A program made the translations under genes and the position numbers. Below are positions 13,981-27,440 of a stretch of DNA of 64,000 bases, one piece after another. The notes under the pieces are model-generated. The model saw only the letters and a list, made by a program, of their open reading frames with translations. It searched no databases and was not told the DNA's origin. The stretch lies in NCBI GenBank assembly GCA_964016885.1, contig OZ024758.1, positions 37,758,001 to 37,822,000 on the forward strand, written 5' to 3'. Positions within the stretch are counted from its first letter, which is position 1. Every line of letters begins with the position of its first letter. The stretch is from Eledone cirrhosa (Eukaryota).

Positions 13981-16900
13981 GGTACTAGCTGTCAGAAGTA
14001 ACTCCAATGTTGGTGAGAATTCATTTAAGTTCATGGTATTAGCTGTCAGAAGGAACTCCACTGTTGCTGAGAATTCATTTAAGTTCATGGTATTAGCTGT
14101 CAGAAGTCACTCCACTGTTGGTGAGAATTCATTTAAGTTCATGGTACTAGCTGTCAGAAGTAACCCCAATGTTGGTGAGAATTCATTTAAGTTCATGGTA
14201 TTAGCTGTCAGAAGTCACTCCAATGTTGGTGAGAATTCATTTAAGTTCATGGTATTAGCTGTCAGAAGTAACTCCACTGTTGGTGAGAATTCATTTAAGT
14301 TCATGGTATTAGCTGTCAGAAGGAACGCCACTGTTGGTGAGAATTCATTTAAGTTCATGGTATTAGCTGTCAGAAGTAACTCCACTGTTGGTGAGAATTC
14401 ATTTAAGTTCATGCTACTAGCTGTCAGAAGTAACTCCTATGTTGGTGAGAATTCATTTAAGTTCATGGTATTAGCTGTCAGAAGGAACTCCACTGTTGCT
14501 GAGAATTCATTTAAGTTCATGGTATTAGCTGTCAGAAGTAACTCCAATGTTGGTGAGAATTCATTTAAGTCATGGTATTAGTTGTCAGAAGTAACTCCAA
14601 TGTTGGTGAGAATTCATTTAAGTTCATGGTACTAGCTGTCAGAAGGAACGCCACTGTTGGTGAGAATTCATTTAAGTTCATGGTATTAGCTGTCAGAAGT
14701 AACTCCACTGTTGGTGAGAATTCATTTAAGTTCATGGTACTAGCTGTCAGAAGTAACTCCAATGTTGGTGAGAATTCATTTAAGTTCATGGTACTAGCTG
14801 TCAGAAGGAACGCCACTGTTGGTGAGAATTCATTTAAGTTCATGGTATTAGCTGTCAGAAGTAACTCCACTGTTGGTGAGAATTCATTTAAGTTCATGGT
14901 ACTAGCTGTCAGAAGTAACTCCAATGTTGGTGAGAATTCATTTAAGTTCATGTTATTAGCTGTCAGAAGGAACTCCACTGTTGGTGAGAATTCATTTAAG
15001 TTCATGGTATTAGCTGTCAGAAGTAACTCCATTGTTGGTGAGAATTCATTTAAGTCATGGTACTAGCTGTCAGAAGTAACTCCAATGTTGGTGAGAATTC
15101 ATTTAAGTCATGGTACTAGCTGTCAGAAGTAACTCCAATGTTGGTGAGAATTCATTTAAGTTCATGGTATTAGCTGTCAGAAGGAACTCCACTGTTGGTG
15201 AGAATTCATTTAAGTTCATGGTATTAGCTGTCAGAAGTAACTCCACTGTTGGTGAGAATTCATTTAGTTCATGGTATTAGCTGTCAGAAGTAACTCCACT
15301 GTTGGTGAGAATTCATTTAAGTTCATGGTACTAGCTGTCAGAAGTAACTCCAATGTTGGTGAGAATTCATTTAAGTTCATGGTATTAGCTGTCAGAAGTA
15401 ACTCCACTGTTGGTGAGAATTCAGTTAAGTCATGGTATTAGCTGTCAGAAGTAACTCCAATGTTGGTGAGAATTCACTTAAGTTCATGGTATTAGCTGTC
15501 AGAAGTAACTCCACTGTTGGTGAGAATTCATTTAAGTTCATGGTATTAGCTGTCAGAAGTAACTCCACTGTTGGTGAGAATTCATTTAAGTTCATGGTAC
15601 TAGCTGTCAGAAGTAACTCCACTGTTGGTGAGAATTCATTTAAGTTCATGGTATTAGTTTGTCAGAAGTAACTCCACTGTTGGTGAGAATTCATTTAAGT
15701 CATGGTATTAGTTGTCAGAAGTAACTCCAATGTTGGTGAGAATTCATTTAAGTTCATGGTACTAGCTGTCAGAAGTAAATCCACTGTTGGTGAGAATTCA
15801 TTTAAGTTCATGGTATTAGCTGTCAGAAGTAACTCCACTGTTGGTGAGAATTCATTTAAGTCATGGTATTAGCTGTCAGAAGTAACTCCAATGTTGGTGA
15901 GAATTCATTTAAGTCATGGTACTAGCTGTCAGAAGTAACTCCAATGTTGGTGAGAATTCATTTAAGTTCATTGTATTAGCTGTCAGAAGTAACTCCACTG
16001 TTGGTGAGAATTCGTTTAAGTTCATGGTATTAGCTGTCAGAAGTAACTCCACTGTTGGTGAGAATTCATTTAAGTTCATGGTATTAGCTGTCAGAAGGAA
16101 CTCCAATGTTGGTGAGAATTCATTTAAGTCATGGTACTAGCTGTCAGAAGTAACTCCACTGTTGGTGAGAATTCATTTAAGTTCATGGTATTAGCTGTCA
16201 GAAGGAACGCCACTGTTGGTGAGAATTCATTTAAGTTCATGGTATTAGCTGTCAGAAGTAACTCCACTGTTGGTGAGAATTCATTTAAGTTCATGGTACT
16301 AGCTGTCAGAAGTAACTCCAATGTTGGTGAGAATTCATTTAAGTTCATGGTATTAGCTGTCAGAAGGAACTCCACTGTTGCTGAGAATTCATTTAAGTTC
16401 ATGGTATTAGCTGTCAGAAGTAACTCCACCGTTGGTGAGAATTCATTTAAGTTCATGGTACTAGCTGTCAGAAGTAACTCCACTGTTGGTGAGAATTCAT
16501 TTAAGTTCATGGTATTAGCTGTCAGAAGTCACTCCAATGTTGGTGAGAATTCATTTAGGTTCATGGTATTAGCTGTCAGAAGTCACTCCACTGTTGGTGA
16601 GAATTCATTTAAGTTCATGGTACTAGCTGGCAGAAGTAACCCCAATGTTGGTGAGAATTCATTTAAGTTCATGGTATTAGCTGTCAGAAGTCACTCCAAT
16701 GTTGGTGAGAATTCATTTAAGTTCATGGTATTAGCTGTCAGAAGTAACTCCACTGTTGGTGAGAATTCATTTATGTTCATGGTATTAGTTTGTCAGAAGT
16801 AACTCCACTGTTGGTGAGAATTCATTTAAGTCATGGTATTAGTTGTCAGAAGTAACTCCAATGTTGGTGAGAATTCATTTAAGTTCATGGTATTAGCTGT

Positions 16901-19900
16901 CAGAAGGAACTCCACTGTTGGTGAGAATTCATTTAAGTTCATGGTATTAGCTGTCAGAAGGAACTCCAATGTTGGTGAGAATTCATTTAAGTCATGGTAC
17001 TAGCTGTCAGAAGTAACTCCACTGTTGGTGAGAATTCATTTAAGTTCATGGTATTAGCTGTCAGAAGGAACGCCACTGTTGGTGAGAATTCATTTAAGTT
17101 CATGGTATTAGCTGTCAGAAGTAACTCCACTGTTGGTGAGAATTCATTTAAGTTCATGGTACTAGCTGTCAGAAGTAACTCCAATGTTGGTGAGAATTCA
17201 TTTAAGTTCATGGTATTAGCTGTCAGAAGGAACTCCACTGTTGGTGAGAATTCATTTAAGTTCATGGTATTAGCTGTCAGAAGTAACTCCACTGTTGGTG
17301 AGAATTCATTTAAGTCATGGTATTAGCTGTCAGAAATAACTCCATTGTTGGTGAGAATTCAATTAAGTCATGGTACTAGCTGTCAGAAGTAACTCCAATG
17401 TTGGTGAGAATTCATTTAAGTTCATGTTATTAGCTGTCAGAAGGAACTCCACTGTTGGTGAGAATTCATTTAAGTTCATGGTATTAGCTGTCAGAAGTAA
17501 CTCCACTGTTGGTGAGAATTCATTTAAGTTCATGGTATTAGCTGTCAGAAGTAACTGCACCGTTGGTGAGAATTCATTTAAGTTCATGGTACTAGCTGTC
17601 AGAAGTAACTCCAATGTTGGTGAGAATTCATTTAAGTTCATGGTATTAGCTGTCAGAAGTAACTCCACTGTTGGTGAGAATTCATTTAAGTTCATGGTAT
17701 TAGCTGTCAGAAGTAACTCCACTGTTGGTGAGAATTCATTTAAGTTCATGGTATTAGCTGTCAGAAGTAACTCCACTGTTGGTGAGAATTCATTTAAGTT
17801 CATGGTACTAGCTGTCAGAAGTAACTCCAATGTTGGTGAGAATTCATTTAAGTTCATGGTATTAGCTGTCAGAAGTAACTCCACTGTTGGTGAGAATTCA
17901 TTTAAGTCATGGTATTAGCTGTCAGAAGTAACTCCACTGTTGGTGAGAATTCATTTAAGTTCATGGTATTAGCTGTCAGAAGTAACTCCACTGTTGGTGA
18001 GAATTCATCTAAGTTCATGGTACTAGCTGTCAGAAGTAACTCCAATGTTGGTGAGAATTCATTTAAGTTCATGGTATTAGCTGTCAGAAGTAACTCCACT
18101 GTTGGTGAGAATTCATTTAAGTCATGGTATTAGCTGTCAGAAGTAACTCCACTGTTGGTGAGAATTCATTTAAGTTCATGGTATTAGCTGTCAGAAGTAA
18201 CTCCACTGTTGGTGAGAATTCATTTAAGTTCATGGTATTAGCTGTCAGAAGTAACTCCACTGTTGGTGAGAATTCATTTAAGTTCATGGTATTAGTTTGT
18301 CAGAAGTAACTCCACTGTTGGTGAGAATTCATTTAAGTCATGGTATTAGTTGTCAGAAGTAACTCCAATGTTGGTGAGAATTCATTTAAGTTCATGGTAC
18401 TAGCTGTCAGAAATAACTCCACTGTTGGTGAGAATTCATTTAAGTTCATGGTAATAGCTGTCAGAAGTAACTCCACTGTTGGTGAGAATTCATTTAAGTC
18501 ATGGTATTAGCTGTCAGAAGTAACTCCAATGTTGGTGAGAATTCATTTAAGTCATGGTACTAGCTGTCAGAAGTAACTCCAATGTTGGTGAGAATTCATT
18601 TAAGTTCATGGTATTAGCTGTCAGAAGTAACTCCACTGTTGGTGAGAATTCATTTAAGTTCATGGTATTAGCTGTCAGAAGTAACTCCACTGTTGGTGAG
18701 AATTCATTTAAGTCATGGTATTAGCTGTCAGAAGTAACTCCAATGTTGGTGGGAATTCATTTAAGTTCATGGTATTAGCTGTCAGAAGTCACTCCACTGT
18801 TGGTGAGAATTCATTTAAGTTCATGGTACTAGCTGTCAGAAGTAACCCCAATGTTGGTGAGAATTCATTTAAGTTCATGGTATTAGCTGTCAGAAGTCAC
18901 TCCAATGTTGGTGAGAATTCATTTAAGTTCATGGTATTAGCTGTCAGAAGTAACTCCACTGTTGGTGAGAATTCATTTAAGTTCATGGTATTAGCTGTCA
19001 GAAGGAACGCCACTGTTGGTGAGAATTCATTTAAGTTCATGGTATTAGCTGTCAGAAGTAACTCCACTGTTGGTGAGAATTCATTTAAGTTCATGCTACT
19101 AGCTGTCAGAAGTAACTCCTATGTTGGTGAGAATTCATTTAAGTTCATGGTATTAGCTGTCAGAAGGAACTCCACTGTTGCTGAGAATTCATTTAAGTTC
19201 ATGGTATTAGCTGTCAGAAGTAACTCCACTGTTGGTGATAATTCATTTAAGTTCATGGTGCTAGCTGTCAGAAGTAACTCCACTGTTGGTGAGAATTCAT
19301 TTAAGTTCATGGTATTAGCTGTCAGAAGTAACTCCACTGTTGGTGAGAATTCATTTAAGTTCATGGTATTAGCTGACAGAAGTCACTCCACTGTTGGTGA
19401 GAATTCATTTAAGTTCATGGTACTAGCTGTCAGAAGTAACTCCAATGTTGGTGAGAATTCATTTAAATTCATGGTATTAGCTGTCAGAAGTAACTCCACT
19501 GTTGGTGAGAATTCATTTAAGTTCATGGTATTAGCTGTCAGAAGTAACTCCACTGTTGGTGAGAATTCATTTAAGTTCATGGTATTAGCTGTCAGAAGTA
19601 ACTCCACTGTTGGTGAGAATTCATTTAAGTTCATGGTACTAGCTGTCAGAAGTAACTCCAATGTTGCTGAGAATTCATTTAAGTTCATGGTATTAGCTGT
19701 CAGAAGTAACTCCACTGTTGGTGAGAATTCATTTAAGTCATGGTATTAGCTGTCAGAAGTAACTCCACTGTTGGTGAGAATTCATTTAAGTTCATGGTAC
19801 TAGCTGTCAGAAGTAACTCCACTGTTGGTGAGAATTCATTTAAGTTCATGGTATTAGCTGTCAGAAGTAACTCCACTGTTGGTGAGAATTCATTTAAGTT

Positions 19901-22900
19901 CATGGTATTAGCTGACAGAAGTCACTCCACTGTTGGTGAGAATTCATTTAAGTCATGGTATTAGCTGTCAGAAGTAACTCCACTGTTGGTGAGAATTCAT
20001 TTAAGTTCATGGTACTAGCTGTCAGAAGTAACTCCACTGTTGGTGAGAATTCATTTAAGTTCATGGTATTAGCTGTCAGAAGTAACTCCACTGTTGGTGA
20101 GAATTCATTTAAGTTCATGGTATTAGCTGACAGAAGTCACTCCACTGTTGGTGAGAATTCATTTAAGTTCATGGTACTAGCTGTCAGAAGTAACTCCAAT
20201 GTTGGTGAGAATTCATTTAAGTTCATGGTATTAGCTGTCAGAAGTAACTCCACTGTTGGTGAGAATTCATTTAAGTTCATGGTATTAGCTGTCAGAAGTA
20301 ACTCCACTGTTGGTGAGAATTCATTTAAGTTCATGGTATTAGCTGTCAGAAGTAACTCCACTGTTGGTGAGAATTCATTTAAGTTCATGGTACTAGCTGT
20401 CAGAAGTAACTCCAATGTTGGTGAGAATTCATTTAAGTTCATGGTACTAGCTGTCAGAAGTAACTCCACTGTTGGTGAGAATTCATTTAAGTTCATGGTA
20501 TTAGTTTGTCAGAAGTAACTCCACTGTTGGTGAGAATTCATTTAAGTCATGGTATTAGTTGTCAGAAGTAACTCCAATGTTGATGAGAATTCATTTAAGT
20601 CATGGTACTAGCTGTCAGAAGTAACTCCACTGTTGGTGAGAATTCATTTAAGTTCATGGTATTAGCTGTCAGAAGGAACGCCACTGTTGGTGAGAATTCA
20701 TTTAAGTTCATGGTATTAGCTGTCAGAAGTAACTCCACTGTTGGTGAGAATTCATTTAAGTTCATGGTACTAGCTGTCAGAAGTAACTCCAATGTTGGTG
20801 AGAATTCATTTAAGTTCATGGTATTAGCTGTCAGAAGGAACTCCACTGTTGGTGAGAATTCATTTAAGTTCATGGTATTAGCTGTCAGAAGTAACTCCAC
20901 TGTTGGTGAGAATTCATTTAAGTCATGGTATTAGCTGTCAGAAGTAACTCCATTGTTGGTGAGAATTCATTTAAGTCATGGTACTAGCTGTTAGAAGTAA
21001 CTCCAATGTTGGTGAGAATTCATTTAAGTCATGGTACTAGCTGTCAGAAGTAACTCCAATGTTGGTGAGAATTCATTTAAGTTCATGGTATTAGCTGTCA
21101 GAAGGAACTCCACTGTTGGTGAGAATTCATTTAAGTTCATGGTATAAGCTGTCAGAAGTAACTCCACTGTTGGTGAGAATTCATTTAGTTCATGGTATTA
21201 GCTGTCAGAAGTAACTCCACTGTTGGTGAGAATTCATTTAAGTTCATGGTACTAGCTGTCAGAAGTAACTCCAATGTTGGTGAGAATTCATTTAAGTTCA
21301 TGGTATTAGCTGTCAGAGGTAACTCCACTGTTGGTGAGAATTCAGTTAAGTCATGGTATTAGCTGTCAGAAGTAACTCCAATGTTGGTGAGAATTCATTT
21401 AAGTTCATGGTATTAGCTGTCAGAAGTAACTCCACTGTTGGTGAGAATTCATTTAAGTTCATGGTATTAGCTGTCAGAAGTAACTCCACTGTTGGTGAGA
21501 ATTCATTTAAGTTCATGGTACTAGCTGTCAGAAGTAACTCCACTGTTGGTGAGAATTCATTTAAGTTCATGGTATTAGTTTGTCAGAAGTAACTCCACTG
21601 TTGGTGAGAATTCATTTAAGTCATGGTATTAGTTGTCAGAAGTAACTCCAATGTTGGTGAGAATTCATTTAAGTTCATGGTACTAGCTGTCAGAAGTAAA
21701 TCCACTGTTGGTGAGAATTCATTTAAGTTCATGGTATTAGCTGTCAGAAGTAACTCCACTGTTGGTGAGAATTCATTTAAGTCATGGTATTAGCTGTCAG
21801 AAGTAACTCCAATGTTGGTGAGAATTCATTTAAGTCATGGTACTAGCTGTCAGAAGTAACTCCAATGTTGGTGAGAATTCATTTAAGTTCATTGTATTAG
21901 CTGTCAGAAGTAACTCCACTGTTGGTGAGAATTCGTTTAAGTTCATGGTATTAGCTGTCAGAAGTAACTCCACTGTTGGTGAGAATTCATTTAAGTTCAT
22001 GGTATTAGCTGTCAGAAGTAACTCCACTGTTGGTGAGAATTCATTTAAGTTCATGGTATTAGCTGTCAGAAGTAACTCCACTGTTGGTGAGAATTCATTT
22101 AATTTCATGGTATTAGCTGTCAGAAGGAACTCCAATGTTGGTGAGAATTCATTTAAGTCATGGTACTAGTTGTCAGAAGTAACTCCACTGTTGGTGAGAA
22201 TTCATTTAAGTTCATGGTATTAGCTGTCAGAAGGAACGCCACTGTTGGTGAGAATTCATTTAAGTTCATGGTATTAGCTGTCAGAAGTAACTCCACTGTT
22301 GGTGAGAATTCATTTAAGTTCATGGTACTAGCTGTCAGAAGTAACTCCAATGTTGGTGAGAATTCATTTAAGTTCATGGTATTAGCTGTCAGAAGGAACT
22401 CCACTGTTGCTGAGAATTCATTTAAGTTCATGGTATTAGCTGTCAGAAGTAACTCCACTGTTGGTGAGAATTCATTTAAGTTCATGGTACTAGCTGTCAG
22501 AAGTAACTCCACTGTTGGTGAGAATTCATTTAAGTTCATGGTATTAGCTGTCAGAAGTCACTCCAATGTTGGTGAGAATTCATTTAGGTTCATGGTATTA
22601 GCTGTCAGAAGTCACTCCACTGTTGGTGAGAATTCATTTAAGTTCATGGTACTAGCTGGCAGAAGTAACCCCAATGTTGGTGAGAATTCATTTAAGTTCA
22701 TGGTATTAGCTGTCAGAAGTCACTCCAATGTTGGTGAGAATTCATTTAAGTTCATGGTATTAGCTGTCAGAAGTAACTCCACTGTTGGTGAGAATTCATT
22801 TATGTTCATGGTATTAGTTTGTCAGAAGTAACTCCACTGTTGGTGAGAATTCATTTAAGTCATGGTATTAGTTGTCAGAAGTAACTCCAATGTTGGTGAG

Positions 22901-24421
22901 AATTCATTTAAGTTCATGGTATTAGCTGTCAGAAGGAACTCCACTGTTGGTGAGAATTCATTTAAGTTCATGGTATTAGCTGTCAGAAGGAACTCCAATG
23001 TTGGTGAGAATTCATTTAAGTCATGGTACTAGCTGTCAGAAGTAACTCCACTGTTGGTGAGAATTCATTTAAGTTCATGGTATTAGCTGTCAGAAGGAAC
23101 GCCACTGTTGGTGAGAATTCATTTAAGTTCATGGTATTAGCTGTCAGAAGTAACTCCACTGTTGGTGAGAATTCATTTAAGTTCATGGTACTAGCTGTCA
23201 GAAGTAACTCCAATGTTGGTGAGAATTCATTTAAGTTCATGGTATTAGCTGTCAGAAGGAACTCCACTGTTGGTGAGAATTCATTTAAGTTCATGGTATT
23301 AGCTGTCAGAAGTAACTCCACTGTTGGTGAGAATTCATTTAAGTCATGGTATTAGCTGTCAGAAGTAACTCCATTGTTGGTGAGAATTCAATTAAGTCAT
23401 GGTACTAGCTGTCAGAAGTAACTCCAATGTTGGTGAGAATTCATTTAAGTTCATGTTATTAGCTGTCAGAAGGAACTCCACTGTTGGTGAGAATTCATTT
23501 AAGTTCATGGTATTAGCTGTCAGAAGTAACTCCACTGTTGGTGAGAATTCATTTAAGTTCATGGTATTAGGTGTCAGAAGTAACTGCACCGTTGGTGAGA
23601 ATTCATTTAAGTTCATGGTACTAGCTGTCAGAAGTAACTCCAATGTTGGTGAGAATTCATTTAAGTTCAAGGTATTAGCTGTCAGAAGTAACTCCACTGT
23701 TGGTGAGAATTCATTTAAGTTCATGGTATTAGCTGTCAGAAGTAACTCCACTGTTGGTGAGAATTCATTTAAGTTCATGGTATTAGCTGTCAGAAGTAAC
23801 TCCACTGTTGGTGAGAATTCATTTAAGTTCATGGTACTAGCTGTCAGAAGTAACTCCAATGTTGGTGAGAATTCATTTAAGTTCATGGTATTAGCTGTCA
23901 GAAGTAACTCCACTGTTGGTGAGAATTCATTTAAGTTCATGGTATTAGCTGTCAGAAGTAACTCCACTGTTGGTGAGAATTCATTTAAGTTCATGGTATT
24001 AGTTTGTCAGAAGTAACTCCACTGTTGGTGAGAATTCATTTAAGTCATGGTATTAGTTGTCAGAAGTAACTCCAATGTTGGTGAGAATTCATTTAAGTTC
24101 ATGGTACTAGCTGTCAGAAATAACTCCACTGTTGGTGAGAATTCATTTAAGTTCATGGTAATAGCTGTCAGAAGTAACTCTACTGTTGGTGAGAATTCAT
24201 TTAAGTCATGGTATTAGCTGTCAGAAGTAACTCCAATGTTGGTGAGAATTCATTTAAGTCATGGTACTAGCTGTCAGAAGTAACTCCAATGTTGGTGAGA
24301 ATTCATTTAAGTTCATGGTATTAGCTGTCAGAAGTAACTCCACTGTTGGTGAGAATTTATTTAAGTTCATGGTATTAGCTGTCAGAAGTAACTCCACTGT
24401 TGGTGAGAATTCATTTAAGTC

Positions 24422-27400
24422 ATGGTATTAGCTGTCAGAAGTAACTCCAATGTTGGTGAGAATTCATTTAAGTTCATGGTATTAGCTGTCAGAAGTCACT
24501 CCACTGTTGGTGAGAATTCATTTAAGTTCATGGTACTAGCTGTCAGAAGTAACCCCAATGTTGGTGAGAATTCATTTAAGTTCATGGTATTAGCTGTCAG
24601 AAGTCACTCCAATGTTGGTGAGAATTCATTTAAGTTCATGGTATTAGCTGTCAGAAGTAACTCCACTGTTGGTGAGAATTCATTTAAGTTCATGGTATTA
24701 GCTGTCAGAAGGAACGCCACTGTTGGTGAGAATTCATTTAAGTTCATGGTATTAGCTGTCAGAAGTAACTCCACTGTTGGTGAGAATTCATTTAAGTTCA
24801 TGCTACTAGCTGTCAGAAGTAACTCCTATGTTGGTGAGAATTCATTTAAGTTCATGGTATTAGCTGTCAGAAGGAACTCCACTGTTGCTGAGAATTCATT
24901 TAAGTTCATGGTATTAGCTGTCAGAAGTAACTCCACTGTTGGTGATAATTCATTTAAGTTCATGGTGCTAGCTGTCAGAAGTAACTCCACTGTTGGTGAG
25001 AATTCATTTAAGTTCATGGTATTAGCTGTCAGAAGTAACTCCACTGTTGGTGAGAATTCATTTAAGTTCATGGTATTAGCTGACAGAAGTCACTCCACTG
25101 TTGGTGAGAATTCATTTAAGTTCATGGTACTAGCTGTCAGAAGTAACTCCAATGTTGGTGAGAATTCATTTAAATTCATGGTATTAGCTGTCAGAAGTAA
25201 CTCCACTGTTGGTGAGAATTCATTTAAGTTCATGGTACTAGCTGTCAGAAGTAACTCCAATGTTGGTGAGAATTCATTTAAGTTCATGGTATTAGCTGTC
25301 AGAAGTAACTCCACTGTTGGTGAGAATTCATTTAAGTCATGGTATTAGCTGTCAGAAGTAACTCCACTGTTGGTGAGAATTCATTTAAGTTCATGGTACT
25401 AGCTGTCAGAAGTAACTCCACTGTTGGTGAGAATTCATTTAAGTTCATGGTATTAGCTGTCAGAAGTAACTCCACTGTTGGTGAGAATTCATTTAAGTTC
25501 ATGGTATTAGCTGACAGAAGTCACTCCACTGTTGGTGAGAATTCATTTAAGTTCATGGTACTAGCTGTCAGAAGTAACTCCAATGTTGGTGAGAATTCAT
25601 TTAAGTTCATGGTATTAGCTGTCAGAAGTAACTCCACTGTTGGTGAGAATTCATTTAAGTTCATGGTATTAGCTGTCAGAAGTAACTCCACTGTTGGTGA
25701 GAATTCATTTAAGTTCATGGTATTAGCTGTCAGAAGTAACTCCACTGTTGGTGAGAATTCATTTAAGTTCATGGTACTAGCTGTCAGAAGTAACTCCAAT
25801 GTTGGTGAGAATTCATTTAAGTTCATGGTACTAGCTGTCAGAAGTAACTCCACTGTTGGTGAGAATTCATTTAAGTTCATGGTATTAGTTTGTCAGAAGT
25901 AACTCCACTGTTGGTGAGAATTCATTTAAGTCATGGTATTAGTTGTCAGAAGTAACTCCAATGTTGGTGAGAATTCATTTAAGTTCATGGTATTAGCTGT
26001 CAGAAGGAACTCCACTGTTGGTGAGAATTCATTTAAGTTCATGGTATTAGCTGTCAGAAGGAACTCCAATGTTGGTGAGAATTCATTTAAGTCATGGTAC
26101 TAGCTGTCAGAAGTAACTCCACTGTTGGTGAGAATTCATTTAAGTTCATGGTATTAGCTGTCAGAAGGAACGCCACTGTTGGTGAGAATTCATTTAAGTT
26201 CATGGTATTAGCTGTCAGAAGTAACTCCACTGTTGGTGAGAATTCATTTAAGTTCATGGTACTAGCTGTCAGAAGTAACTCCAATGTTGGTGAGAATTCA
26301 TTTAAGTTCATGGTATTAGCTGTCAGAAGGAACTCCACTGTTGGTGAGAATTCATTTAAGTTCATGGTATTAGCTGTCAGAAGTAACTCCACTGTTGGTG
26401 AGAATTCATTTAAGTCATGGTATTAGCTGTCAGAAGTAACTCCATTGTTGGTGAGAATTCATTTAAGTCATGGTACTAGCTGTCAGAAGTAACTCCAATG
26501 TTGGTGAGAATTCATTTAAGTCATGGTACTAGCTGTCAGAAGTAACTCCAATGTTGGTGAGAATTCATTTAAGTTCATGGTATTAGCTGTCAGAATGAAC
26601 TCCACTGTTGGTGAGAATTCATTTAAGTTCATGGTATTAGCTGTCAGAAGTAACTCCACTGTTGGTGAGAATTCATTTAAGTTCATGGTATTAGCTGTCA
26701 GAAGTAACTCCACTGTTGGTGAGAATTCATTTAAGTTCATGGTACTAGCTGTCAGAAGTAACTCCAATGTTGGTGAGAATTCATTTAAGTTCATGGTATT
26801 AGCTGTTAGAAGTAACTCCACTGTTGGTGAGAATTCAGTTAAGCCATGGTATTAGCTGTCAGAAGTAACTCCAATGTTGGTGAGAATTCATTTAAGTTCA
26901 TGGTATTAGCTGTCAGAAGTAACTCCACTGTTGGTGAGAATTCATTTAAGTTCATGGTATTAGCTGTCAGAAGTAACTCCACTGTTGGTGAGAATTCATT
27001 TAAGTTCATGGTACTAGCTGTCAGAAGTAACTCCACTGTTGGTGAGAATTCATTTAAGTTCATGGTATTAGTTTGTCAGAAGTAACTCCACTGTTGGTGA
27101 GAATTCATTTAAGTCATGGTATTAGTTGTCAGAAGTAACTCCAATGTTGGTGAGAATTCATTTAAGTTCATGGTATTAGCTGTCAGAAGTAAATCCACTG
27201 TTGGTGAGAATTCATTTAAGTTCATGGTATTAGCTGTCAGAAGTAACTCCACTGTTGGTGAGAATTCATTTAAGTCATGGTATTAGCTGTCAGAAGTAAC
27301 TCCAATGTTGGTGAGAATTCATTTAAGTCATGGTACTAGCTGTCAGAAGTAACTCCAATGTTGGTGAGAATTCATTTAAGTTCATGGTATTAGCTGTCAG

Positions 27401-27440
27401 AAGTAACTCCACTGTTGGTGAGAATTCGTTTAAGTTCATG
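24422..27440. repeat. Block duplicated at about 28301-31400 (offset 3879-3987 bp)
   Basis: ORF starts 25339/29326, 26094/30081, 26523/30510 and 26846/30833 differ by 3987. The variant agaaTGaac (RMN in the ORF track) appears only in these two copies. Both copies also carry gtTagaag...cagttaagCcatgg. Confidence 0.87.
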
